Source: Escherichia phage 235Ecol030PP
Strand: one strand, 5' to 3'
Sequence record: PP355091.1
DNA: 64,000 nt
This document shows, piece after piece, positions 43,546 to 53,200 of the stretch. The position numbers were made by a program, and so were the translations under genes. How positions within the stretch are numbered: the stretch's first letter is position 1; the number at the start of each line of letters is the position of its first letter. The notes under the pieces were generated by a model that made no database searches, was not told where the DNA came from, and saw only the letters and a program-made list of their open reading frames with translations.

Positions 43546-45810
43546 TCATAATTTACAGGATGAACAATCTTCAGCTTTTGGAGTTTCTATTTCATAATCA
43601 TCAGTACCAGAACCATCACGGGTATTATGATAATAGAAATTTTTAATGCCATAATACCATCCGTATAGCATGTCATCAATCATTATTGACATTGGAACCT
43701 TGCCTTTAGGGAAGATTTGGGGGTCATAGTATGTATTCGCTGAAGCTGATTGACATACCCATTTCAGCATAATAGCTACCTGCGTAAGATAAGGTTTATT
43801 ACCTTTCTTAGCTAATTTCCACGTATAATCATATAGGTCTATGTTATGCTCAATATTGGGCACGACTTGATTAAAGGAGCCCTCTTTTGATTCTTTAACA
43901 GAGACTGGTCCACGTGGAGGCTCGATACCGTTTGTACTGTTAGAAACTTGGGAAGATGACTCACATGGCATAAGTGCTGATAATGTGCTATTACGGATGC
44001 CAAAGAGCTTAAGGTCTTCCCGCAGCGCCGACCAGTCACAAACGTATTTTGGAGCTGCGATTTGGTCAATCTTTTTATTGTACCAGTCGATAGGTAATTC
44101 GCCTCGAGACCAACGAGTGTCTGAATAATATTCGCAAGGTCCTTTTTCTTTGGCGAGCTTAATGGATGCTTTAATGAGTCCATACTGTAATCTCTCAAAT
44201 AGTTCATGTGTTAAATCGTTAGCATCTTCATAAGAAGCAAAGTTACTTGCCAGCCAAGCCGCATAGTTGGTAACACCTACACCGAGGTTACGACGCTTTT
44301 TAGCTTTTTCTGCTTCAGGAACTGGATATCCTTGGTAATCCAAAAGATTATCAAGAGCACGAACTTGAACTTCTGCCAATTCATTAATTTTATCTTGGTC
44401 TTGCCAGTCAAAATTGTCTAATACGAAGGCAGAGAGAGTACAGAGCCCAATTTCAGCATCAGGGCTATTCACATCATTTGTTGGAATAGCAATTTCACAA
44501 CACAAGTTACTCTGGCGAATAGGCGCCTTTTCACGAATAAACGGAGTATAGTTATTCGTATTATCAATGAACTGCACATAAATCCTTGCTGTTCCTGAGC
44601 GTTCAGTCATGAGCAATTCAAATAGTTCACGGGCTTTAATACGCTTTTTACGAATATTAGGGTCTTTTTCTGCTGCTTCGTATAATTCACGGAAACGGTC
44701 TTGGTCTTTAAAATAAGAATAATAAAGCTCGCCACTCATTTCATGCGGACTGAACAAAGTAATGTAATCGTTCTTTCCGAATCGTTCCATCATCAAATCA
44801 TTCAGCTGAACACCATAATCCATATGACGAATGCGGTTTTCTTCTACGCCTTTGTTATTTTTCAAAACGAGAAGATTTTCAACTTCCAAATGCCAAATAG
44901 GATAATAAGCAGTAGCAGCGCCGCCACGAATTCCACCCTGTGAGCATGATTTAACTGCAGTCTGAAAATGTTTCCAAAAAGGAATAACACCGGTATGACG
45001 CACTTCACCCATGCCAATCTTAGAACCTTCGGCACGAATCATACCTACGTTAATTCCAATTCCAGCGCGTTTAGAGATATATTCAACAATTGAAGCGGAA
45101 GCCTTATTGATAGACTTCAATGAATCTCCTGCCTCAATAACAACACATGAACTAAACTGTCGAGTCGGAGTACGGCAACCAGCCATAATAGGAGTTGGCA
45201 ATGAAATCTGTCGAGTAGATACTGCTTCATAAAAACGAATAACATGTTTTAATCTATCAACAGGTTCATCTTGATGCAATGCCATTCCAATAGTCATAAA
45301 TGCAAACTGTGGAGTTTCATAAATTTGACCAGTGGTTTTATCTTTAACTAAATATTTTTCTTTTAATTGCATCGCCCCGGAATAAGTAAATTCCATATCC
45401 CGTTCGTGCTTAATTTTTGATTCTAAAAATGTAATTTCTTCTGCTGAATATTTTGACAATAATTCAGGGTCATATTTACCTTCATTTACACAGTAAGAAA
45501 TATGGTCAATAAATGAACGTGGTTCATACTGCCCATAAACATGCTTACGAAGAGCGAACATTAAACAGCGTGCAGCTACATATTGATAATCAGGCTCTTC
45601 AACCGAAATAGAATTCGCAGCGGCCTTAATGACAATAGTCTGAATATCATCAGTTGTCATTCCATCACGGAGATAAGATTTAATATTTTCATATAATTCA
45701 TAAGGATCTACTGATGTTCCTTCAGCTGCCCAAGATAAAACTTTAATAATTTTTTGTGGGTCAAAGCTCTGAGAAACACCACTACTTTTGATAACATTAA
45801 TTAATTGCAT
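43546..45810 (-). CDS. nrdA: ribonucleotide reductase large subunit
   Basis: 754 aa as T4 NrdA; class I RNR sequence. Confidence 0.95.
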   Translation of the reverse strand: MQLINVIKSSGVSQSFDPQKIIKVLSWAAEGTSVDPYELYENIKSYLRDGMTTDDIQTIVIKAAANSISVEEPDYQYVAARCLMFALRKHVYGQYEPRSFIDHISYCVNEGKYDPELLSKYSAEEITFLESKIKHERDMEFTYSGAMQLKEKYLVKDKTTGQIYETPQFAFMTIGMALHQDEPVDRLKHVIRFYEAVSTRQISLPTPIMAGCRTPTRQFSSCVVIEAGDSLKSINKASASIVEYISKRAGIGINVGMIRAEGSKIGMGEVRHTGVIPFWKHFQTAVKSCSQGGIRGGAATAYYPIWHLEVENLLVLKNNKGVEENRIRHMDYGVQLNDLMMERFGKNDYITLFSPHEMSGELYYSYFKDQDRFRELYEAAEKDPNIRKKRIKARELFELLMTERSGTARIYVQFIDNTNNYTPFIREKAPIRQSNLCCEIAIPTNDVNSPDAEIGLCTLSAFVLDNFDWQDQDKINELAEVQVRALDNLLDYQGYPVPEAEKAKKRRNLGVGVTNYAAWLASNFASYEDANDLTHELFERLQYGLIKASIKLAKEKGPCEYYSDTRWSRGELPIDWYNKKIDQIAAPKYVCDWSALREDLKLFGIRNSTLSALMPCESSSQVSNSTNGIEPPRGPVSVKESKEGSFNQVVPNIEHNIDLYDYTWKLAKKGNKPYLTQVAIMLKWVCQSASANTYYDPQIFPKGKVPMSIMIDDMLYGWYYGIKNFYYHNTRDGSGTDDYEIETPKAEDCSSCKL

Positions 45811-46127
45811 AAGTCCTCAACTTGAAAATCGTCTTTAAACAATCGGTTAACTATATGAGCTATTATATCACCATGACACGGCTTTGGTTTACATGTGCAT
45901 CCTAGCCTCATTCCACGTAAAGGCTCTAAATGTGCTTTAGTTATTTCTCCGGATTTAATTCGACGTATAAAATCTTTTTTGAATAATTCAATGGCAGCCT
46001 CCCGGCTGCCAGCATCTTTACCGACGTAATTCCCCCAAAATGTACCACGGTGAATATTAACATCAAAGTCGGATTTGTATTTATTCACTACCCGGCATAG
46101 ACGGCCCGCGCGGTGATAATTCGGCAT
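45801..46127 (-). CDS. hypothetical 108-aa protein with Cys/His cluster (position of T4 nrdA.1)
   Basis: ATG start; [12 protein letters not shown] motif. Confidence 0.5.
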   Translation of the reverse strand: MPNYHRAGRLCRVVNKYKSDFDVNIHRGTFWGNYVGKDAGSREAAIELFKKDFIRRIKSGEITKAHLEPLRGMRLGCTCKPKPCHGDIIAHIVNRLFKDDFQVEDLCN

Positions 46128-46344
46128 ATTGTTTTTCCGTTAAAACAGTAATATCGTAGTAACAGTCAGAAGAAGTTTTAACTGTGGAAATTTTATTATC
46201 AAAATACTCACGAGTCATTTTATGAGTATAATATTTTTTGCCATAAATGATAATAGGCTGATTTGGTCCTGGAACTTCTAACTCGCTTGGGTTAGGAAGT
46301 GTAAAAAGAACGGCACCAGAAGTATCTTTAAATCGTAAAATCAT
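46081..46344 (-). CDS. hypothetical 87-aa protein (position of T4 nrdA.2)
   Basis: ATG overlaps td stop (ATGA). Confidence 0.5.
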   Translation of the reverse strand: MILRFKDTSGAVLFTLPNPSELEVPGPNQPIIIYGKKYYTHKMTREYFDNKISTVKTSSDCYYDITVLTEKQYAELSPRGPSMPGSE

Positions 46345-46652
46345 ATTGCCATTTTCCCTTTAATTGCTGGATGCGATTCATAATTTTCAAGGATAAAATC
46401 TTTCGGTTTCATGTATTCAGTTAACCAGTAAAGCTGTGTTTCGGTGTCACAATTTCCAAACTCTATAGGCCAATCAATTTTAAGTTCACACAGTTCTTTA
46501 GGCTCACGACGTAAAATTTCTTTACATTGTTCTACGTGATTCATATAGATATGAGTATTACCACCGGAAAATATCAAATCTCCCGGAATAAGATTACACA
46601 TCTTAGCTACAATATGAACTAACGTAGCATATGATGCAATATTAAATGGAAG
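46341..46652 (-). CDS. td: thymidylate synthase, exon 2
   Basis: Begins [25 protein letters not shown] after intron terminal G (46653); 103 codons. Confidence 0.9.
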   Translation of the reverse strand, partial: LPFNIASYATLVHIVAKMCNLIPGDLIFSGGNTHIYMNHVEQCKEILRREPKELCELKIDWPIEFGNCDTETQLYWLTEYMKPKDFILENYESHPAIKGKMAI

Positions 46653-46971
46653 CATTATGTTCAGATAAGGTCGTTAATCTTACCCCGGAATTATATCCAG
46701 CTGCATGTCACCATGCAGATCAGACTATATCTTCAACTTGTTAAAGCAAGTTGTCTATCGTTTCGAGTCACTTGACCCTACTCCCCAAAGGGATAGTCGT
46801 TAGGCATTTATGTAGAACCAATTCCATTATCAGATTTTACACGGTAAGTAACTAATCCTGATGAAATTATTAAAGGGTAGTCCTACAATTTAGCACGGGA
46901 TTGTCTACTAGAGAGGTTCCCCGTTTAGATAGATTACAAGTATAAGTCACCTTATACTCAGGCCTCAATTA
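46653..46971 (-). ncRNA. td group I intron, ORF-less (319 nt)
   Basis: 5' end TAATTGAGGCCTGAGTATAAGGTGACTTATAC and 3' end ...GATTAACGACCTTATCTGAACATAATG match remembered T4 td intron ends; no room for an I-TevI ORF. Confidence 0.88.
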
Positions 46972-47519
46972 ACCCAAGAAAACATCTACTGATCGTTGAT
47001 ACCACTGCAAATCCAAATAACCATTACGCACATTAAACTGATAGAACATATGACAAGGTGGTAATGCCATATATTTAAGTTCAGCTGGATTCCACGCAGA
47101 AACAATTTGACGCCTATCATTTGGCAGTTTTTTAATACGATCAATAACTTCTATAATTTGATCTACACCACCAAAATCACGCCACTGTTTTCCATAAATT
47201 GGACCAAGTTCACCGCTATGGTATCCTAAATCTTTTGCTTGATTTTCGTAATTTTCATCCCAAACTGTTTTGCCTTGGATTAACGAATCATGTTGAATTA
47301 ATCGCAAATCATTGACATTTGTGCTTCCCGATAAAAACCAAAGCAGCTCAGCAATGCAAGCTTTCCAGGCGAGCTTCTTAGTTGTTACTGCAGGAAAACC
47401 TTTAGTTAAATCCCAGCGTAATTTAGTACCGAACAAAGCAATTGTTCCTGTGCCTGTTCGGTCATCGGTTTCGTAGCCATTTTCCAGGATATCTTTAATT
47501 AAAAATTGGTATTGTTTCA

Positions 47520-47520
<1 letters not shown>
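46972..47520 (-). CDS. td: thymidylate synthase, exon 1
   Basis: Start set to ATG 47520 (MKQYQ...; track start is TTG); 183 codons ending ...VFLG; 183+103 = 286 aa as T4 TS. Confidence 0.9.
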
Positions 47521-48549
<1,029 letters not shown>

Positions 48550-48559
48550 ATTATTTTCC

Positions 48560-48802
48560 TTAAACAGACTTTTTCACAATTTTCCAATCAGCTTTAAACT
48601 GTTCAACGTCAGAATGGTAAATCCAAAATCCTGCGCTTTCTCCGTCTTCATAAAGAGGACATCCATCGCATTCATCTTCCCATCCCATATCACGTAAAAG
48701 ATGTTCAGCTTTTTCAACAAGTTCAGAATCTTTACCGATGATATTAAAATACCATTTACCTCTAACTTCTGAATCTTTGATGCTCTGGCGTTGTAATCTC
48801 AT
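48560..48802 (-). CDS. hypothetical 80-aa protein (frd-32 cluster)
   Basis: ATG start; CDGC motif. Confidence 0.45.
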   Translation of the reverse strand: MRLQRQSIKDSEVRGKWYFNIIGKDSELVEKAEHLLRDMGWEDECDGCPLYEDGESAGFWIYHSDVEQFKADWKIVKKSV

Positions 48803-48862
48803 TTTATTCTCCTCAGTAGTTGATAGGGTAATAGTATCACACTACTACCCTGTTGTAAACAA

Positions 48863-49123
48863 TTATTTTTGAATTTTATCGAGCCACTTACCAAGCTTAA
48901 TCATTTCTTTAGTAGCCTTTTCCATACTTCTGAACTTAACCAATAGAGGATAGGTATCGACACCCATAACTAAACTGGTTACAAGACTGTGTTCACCCAC
49001 AAGCCATAACGAATACGTTTGAATATCGAGTCCGTAATTTCTGTCTTTATGGACCCGTACACCCATCACTTCAAATTTCTCACTAGCTTTTTCTACCGCA
49101 TCCAGGAAATCATCTTTAGTCAT
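48863..49123 (-). CDS. hypothetical 86-aa protein (frd-32 cluster)
   Basis: Start set to ATG 49123 (AAGG SD), 2 nt after the upstream ORF stop. Confidence 0.4.
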   Translation of the reverse strand: MTKDDFLDAVEKASEKFEVMGVRVHKDRNYGLDIQTYSLWLVGEHSLVTSLVMGVDTYPLLVKFRSMEKATKEMIKLGKWLDKIQK

Positions 49124-49124
49124 A

Positions 49125-49511
49125 TTAGGCCTTAAAAGTTTTTCGCAAAAGTTCAATGATTTCATCTACATTGTTTTCGTCAACAATGCAGTGAATTTTT
49201 GTTACGCCAGAAACCTTGTCTTTGACTTCATCCTCTTCAGAAGTTGGTTCTTTATATTCGCGGAAACAATAAAACTCTTCTTCACTAAGTTCAAAATAAT
49301 CATCACCCATACCATCATCATTATAGATTTCACCGTTAGCACAAATGATTTCGGTTACATAATCAAAGCCATCTAAACTTGATATTGATTTAACTTCAAA
49401 CCAACCACCATTTTCTTGAATGATGCCGACCATATTAGCATTTGATGAACTAATATCAATGAAAGATTTAATACGGTGTGGATTTAACTCGTATTTTTTG
49501 CCGATTTCCAT
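49125..49511 (-). CDS. hypothetical acidic 128-aa protein (frd-32 cluster)
   Basis: Start set to ATG 49511 (GAGGA SD); hairpin upstream. Confidence 0.45.
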   Translation of the reverse strand: MEIGKKYELNPHRIKSFIDISSSNANMVGIIQENGGWFEVKSISSLDGFDYVTEIICANGEIYNDDGMGDDYFELSEEEFYCFREYKEPTSEEDEVKDKVSGVTKIHCIVDENNVDEIIELLRKTFKA

Positions 49512-49556
49512 TTTGATTTTCCTCATTTTAATAGGGGCTTAATAGCCCCTTGATAA

Positions 49557-49784
49557 TTATTGTTCAATCAATCCCATGTAAAATTCTGCGTCTTCAGAAT
49601 CCATACCATCACAATATTCATTAGCCATAAAGCGGGTGAGGTCTTCAAGAGGACCTTCAATAACGATTTGAATACTCCAAAACTTAGAATCTTGTACACT
49701 TGTGATACTAAGTTCAGGATAACGATTACGAATAATTTCTTCAATATATTCAAAATCAACGATGTCAATATCAACTTTAGCCAT
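49557..49784 (-). CDS. hypothetical acidic 75-aa protein (frd-32 cluster)
   Basis: ATG start. Confidence 0.45.
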   Translation of the reverse strand: MAKVDIDIVDFEYIEEIIRNRYPELSITSVQDSKFWSIQIVIEGPLEDLTRFMANEYCDGMDSEDAEFYMGLIEQ

Positions 49785-49889
49785 ATTGTTTTCCTCTTTA
49801 ATCGTCAGCAGTATTGCCGATAGTTGTATAGTACCATAGAAGAACAGGGATGTAAACCGTTTTGTGAAAAAAATTTTGAAATAAAAAAA

Positions 49890-49907
49890 GGGACCTCTAG
49901 GGTCCCC
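49890..49907 (-). terminator. terminator after gene 32
   Basis: Minus strand GGGACC CUAGA GGUCCC then UUUUUUUAUUU. Confidence 0.65.
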
Positions 49908-49929
49908 AATTAATTAGTAATATAATCTA

Positions 49930-50835
49930 TTAAAGGTCATTCAAAAGGTCATCCAGGTCCGTGTCATCAGCACTAGATGAACTGCCAGAGCTTGAGCTCA
50001 TAAAATCATCTTCAGTTTTTGTATTGAAGTCATCAACATTGAATGCATCCAAATCATCAGCAACTTTATCAGCTTTCTTAGCAGCAGTTGCAGCGGCACC
50101 GCCCATCACAGCAGTTCCCATAACTTGACCGAATTTAGTGCTCAGTTCTTCAAATGATTTGAATTTATCTTTAGAAGTCATTTCAGAAAGGTCAACCATT
50201 TGTTCGAACAGTTCTTTCTGGAAAGATTCATCATCAATGTTTGGAATCGCAGATTGATTCAGGAATTTAGATTCATCGTAGTTACTAAATCCAGAAACTT
50301 GTTTAACTTTCAGTACAAAGTTAGCACCTTCCCACGGACAAGTTACATCAACTGGAGTTTCACCCATTTCAACATCAACCGCAATCATCGCGTTGATTTT
50401 ATCCCAGATTTTCTTACCGAAACGATATTTAAATACTTTACCTTCATTTTCTGGAGCAGCTGGGTCTTTTACTACAAGAATGTTAGCCCAGTAAGAAGTT
50501 TTACGTTTAACAAGACTGTACTCTTTATTGTCAGTGTTGTACAGATCATTTTTACTGATGTATTGACATACTGGACAAGAATCGTAATCACCGTGGGTAG
50601 ATGAACACGTTTCAATATACCATTTGCCATTTTTCTTGAAACCATGATTTACAAGAATTGCAAATGGTGCTTGTTCATCATTTTTAGACGGAAGAAAACG
50701 AATTACTGCTTGACCGTTACCCGCATTATCGAGTTTCAGTTTCCACTCGCCTTTATCTTCAGAAGAAAAACCTTTATTGCCATTCAGTTTAGCCATTTGT
50801 GCAGCGAGTTCAGCAGTAGATTTACGTTTAAACAT
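49930..50835 (-). CDS. 32: single-stranded DNA-binding protein
   Basis: 301 aa as T4 gp32; zinc ligands (H..C..C..C); acidic Ser-rich C-terminus. Confidence 0.96.
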
Positions 50836-50918
50836 TTTTATTTCCTTTTTAATTTAATTAACAGTTGGTGCTATGACGATGTATGACCTCATAGCTGGTC
50901 AGTGAGATAATTATAATC
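50836..50918 (-). promoter_or_regulatory. gene 32 mRNA leader / translational operator region
   Basis: A/U-rich UUAAA repeats (TTAATTAAATTAAAAAGGAAATAAAA) before ATG, preceded by GC-containing structured segment; gp32 autoregulation is established for T4. Confidence 0.5.
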
Positions 50919-50926
50919 TATTTATA
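50919..50926 (-). promoter_or_regulatory. late promoter (minus strand) for gene 32
   Basis: Plus strand TATTTATA about 84 nt upstream of gene 32 ATG. Confidence 0.55.
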
Positions 50927-50934
50927 ATAAGCAA

Positions 50935-51588
50935 TTAATACTTGCAAGATTTCACAGTTTCAATGAAAACATTTTTAGCTTTCTGTGAATCAATATTTAA
51001 AATTTTTCTATAAGCCTTTAACTTTATAGAATAATTATTCCAGACTAAATTATCAGTCTGTTCATCATGTTTATCAATTATATTTAAAAACGAATCAAGC
51101 AAGATAAACGTCTCAAACGAAATTATATTCGATTGTAGAAGTTTAAAAATATAACTTGACTGAACTTTTGGATTATATTCAAAAATTTCTTTAAAAGCAG
51201 AAACTTCAACTTTTTTACTAAAATAGTAAATATTGCGAATATCTTCTTCAAACTTAAATTTAATTTGCTTTAAGCGTCCGATATATTCACGATAAAACAC
51301 AAGTGCATCAGCGTCAGAGATGTCACCAATCCAAGCATCTTGGTTAGCAACAAGATTGCTTATAAAGATTAAAGCAAGTTCCTTTAATTTATATTTTTCT
51401 GATAACTTCTGGAAAAAATACTTATCCCTTCGCTTTTGATAAGCGGCATCAGACACCCGCATGCACCAATTATACTTAATAACATCATACTTTCCATTCA
51501 TATGCTGTTTTATCATTAAGTATAATTTATAAACTGATTTACCATCAATGTATCTTTCACCACCAGCAGGCATGCGGAGTTTAATCAT
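50935..51588 (-). CDS. 59: helicase loader
   Basis: 217 aa as T4 gp59. Confidence 0.9.
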   Translation of the reverse strand: MIKLRMPAGGERYIDGKSVYKLYLMIKQHMNGKYDVIKYNWCMRVSDAAYQKRRDKYFFQKLSEKYKLKELALIFISNLVANQDAWIGDISDADALVFYREYIGRLKQIKFKFEEDIRNIYYFSKKVEVSAFKEIFEYNPKVQSSYIFKLLQSNIISFETFILLDSFLNIIDKHDEQTDNLVWNNYSIKLKAYRKILNIDSQKAKNVFIETVKSCKY

Positions 51589-51923
51589 AGTAGAAAATCT
51601 AATGTATTAGTTTTTTCACAACGAACAACAGAAGGACGTAAAAGATTTTCGTCAATAGCTTCTGACTGAATTTTTTCAATTATACCCGAAGGAATAAATT
51701 TAGCAAATTGAGTTTCAGGAATAGAGTTTTCTTCCAAGAATGCTGTCGTAGCTTCAAGATAACTCATTCCAAACTCTTCTACCATTTTTTCAATAATAAA
51801 TCCGTTTTCTTGACGGTCAAGAAGCTTTGCTATTTCATCCTTTTCTTTCTTGATTGAAAGTTCTTTTTCTGAAAGACCGGTCTCATCGACCGGACGAATA
51901 TCATTTAGAGAAAACTGTGTCAT
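51585..51923 (-). CDS. 33: late transcription co-activator
   Basis: Start set to ATG 51923 (112 aa as T4 gp33; track start is TTG). Confidence 0.85.
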   Translation of the reverse strand: MTQFSLNDIRPVDETGLSEKELSIKKEKDEIAKLLDRQENGFIIEKMVEEFGMSYLEATTAFLEENSIPETQFAKFIPSGIIEKIQSEAIDENLLRPSVVRCEKTNTLDFLL

Positions 51924-52170
51924 AAAGTTCAACTACCTCTTCAGTTTCAGCTTCAAACACATCACGGTTATCTTTATGATACAAAGCTAATAGACGATTA
52001 AACATCTTACCATCAACGCCAAGTTCATCTTTGGCACGAATTCGAATATCTTTAATCAGTTCATTATAACCGGAAATTTTCAGTTTATGATCAGATGCTT
52101 CTTTAATAAATTTAGCCAAGTCTTCGCCATGGATAGCTTCATCAAATTCAACCATTTCTTTTTTAGCCAT
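51901..52170 (-). CDS. dsbA: dsDNA-binding protein
   Basis: 89 aa; T4 position between rnh and 33. Confidence 0.8.
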   Translation of the reverse strand: MAKKEMVEFDEAIHGEDLAKFIKEASDHKLKISGYNELIKDIRIRAKDELGVDGKMFNRLLALYHKDNRDVFEAETEEVVELYDTVFSK

Positions 52171-52178
52171 TATTCACC

Positions 52179-53096
52179 TCAAAATTCATTAATGCTATTA
52201 GTTAATTTAGAAAGACCCGCTTTTACAAAATATGAATAAATTTTGCCACGCGGTGGTAATTTATATGAATTATAGTAATTCACAATGTTTGAAGCAATAT
52301 TATCAGGAATATAATCAAAATCAATTAGAACTAAATTTTCTTTATAACGATTATATTCAGATTCAGTGAGAAGCACCTTAGCTTGCTCACGATCATTAGC
52401 AATAGCTTCAACGATTGAAGTTTTCATTGAAGGAGTTCGTTCACCTTCAACTCTGGTAAACCAAAAGTCAGATCGTACTTTAACTGAAGCAACGTTATCC
52501 TTTTTGTCGCCTTTAAGGATTTTAGTCATACAGTCAATTTCAGCAGAACCGCTTTTAATTTTAACCCATTTCTTATGCATCGGTGACCATTGCTTAACAT
52601 TTGGATATTTGTGAAGCTGTGTAAAGTCACCATCCGATGAAATGATTAAAATCTTGTGTCCTTCTAAAGAGAACTTTTTAACAAGAACAGCAATGTGGTC
52701 ATCTGCTTCATACTTATCAATATCCATAACAATGTATGGCATATAAGCTTTCAATTCATCTATAACTTTATGGCTGGATTCAAAATAACCTTCCCAGTCC
52801 CAAGTAGATTCTTCTCGTGCTTTTCCACGGTTTTTCTTGTAATAGTAAGCAAAATCACGACGCCAATATCCAGATTTCGCGTTATCAATACACAGCACAA
52901 TTTTAGTGTATCCAAGCGTTTTTGCTTTTTTGACATTAAACTTAATTGAGTTCAATATCAAATGACGAACCATTGATAAATTAATTTTTTCTTTATCCGG
53001 GAAGTTTACTAGAGCAGTTGAAAGCGCAATTTGACTAAAGTCAATTAAGCAGATTCCTTCTTTGTAATCTTCATCCAACATCATTTCTAAATCCAT
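52179..53096 (-). CDS. rnh: RNase H (5'-3' exonuclease / flap endonuclease)
   Basis: Start set to ATG 53096 (MDLEMM, 305 aa, GAGG SD; track start is TTG). Confidence 0.9.
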   Translation of the reverse strand: MDLEMMLDEDYKEGICLIDFSQIALSTALVNFPDKEKINLSMVRHLILNSIKFNVKKAKTLGYTKIVLCIDNAKSGYWRRDFAYYYKKNRGKAREESTWDWEGYFESSHKVIDELKAYMPYIVMDIDKYEADDHIAVLVKKFSLEGHKILIISSDGDFTQLHKYPNVKQWSPMHKKWVKIKSGSAEIDCMTKILKGDKKDNVASVKVRSDFWFTRVEGERTPSMKTSIVEAIANDREQAKVLLTESEYNRYKENLVLIDFDYIPDNIASNIVNYYNSYKLPPRGKIYSYFVKAGLSKLTNSINEF

Positions 53097-53125
53097 ATGA
53101 ACCTCGTTCAATTAGTGAGATTTCT

Positions 53126-53155
53126 ATTATATACTATCTAAATCTTAAAGTAAAC
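53126..53155 (-). promoter_or_regulatory. early promoter for rnh: GTTTAC, 18 nt, TATAAT
   Basis: Minus strand GTTTAC...TATAAT about 23 nt upstream of rnh ATG with GAGG SD. Confidence 0.55.
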
Positions 53156-53158
53156 AGG

Positions 53159-53166
53159 TATAAATA
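53159..53166 (+). promoter_or_regulatory. late promoter TATAAATA for gene 34
   Basis: Exact TATAAATA about 35 nt before ATG. Confidence 0.7.
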
Positions 53167-53200
53167 CTTATTATTGAAAACACAATAGGAGCCCGGGAGA

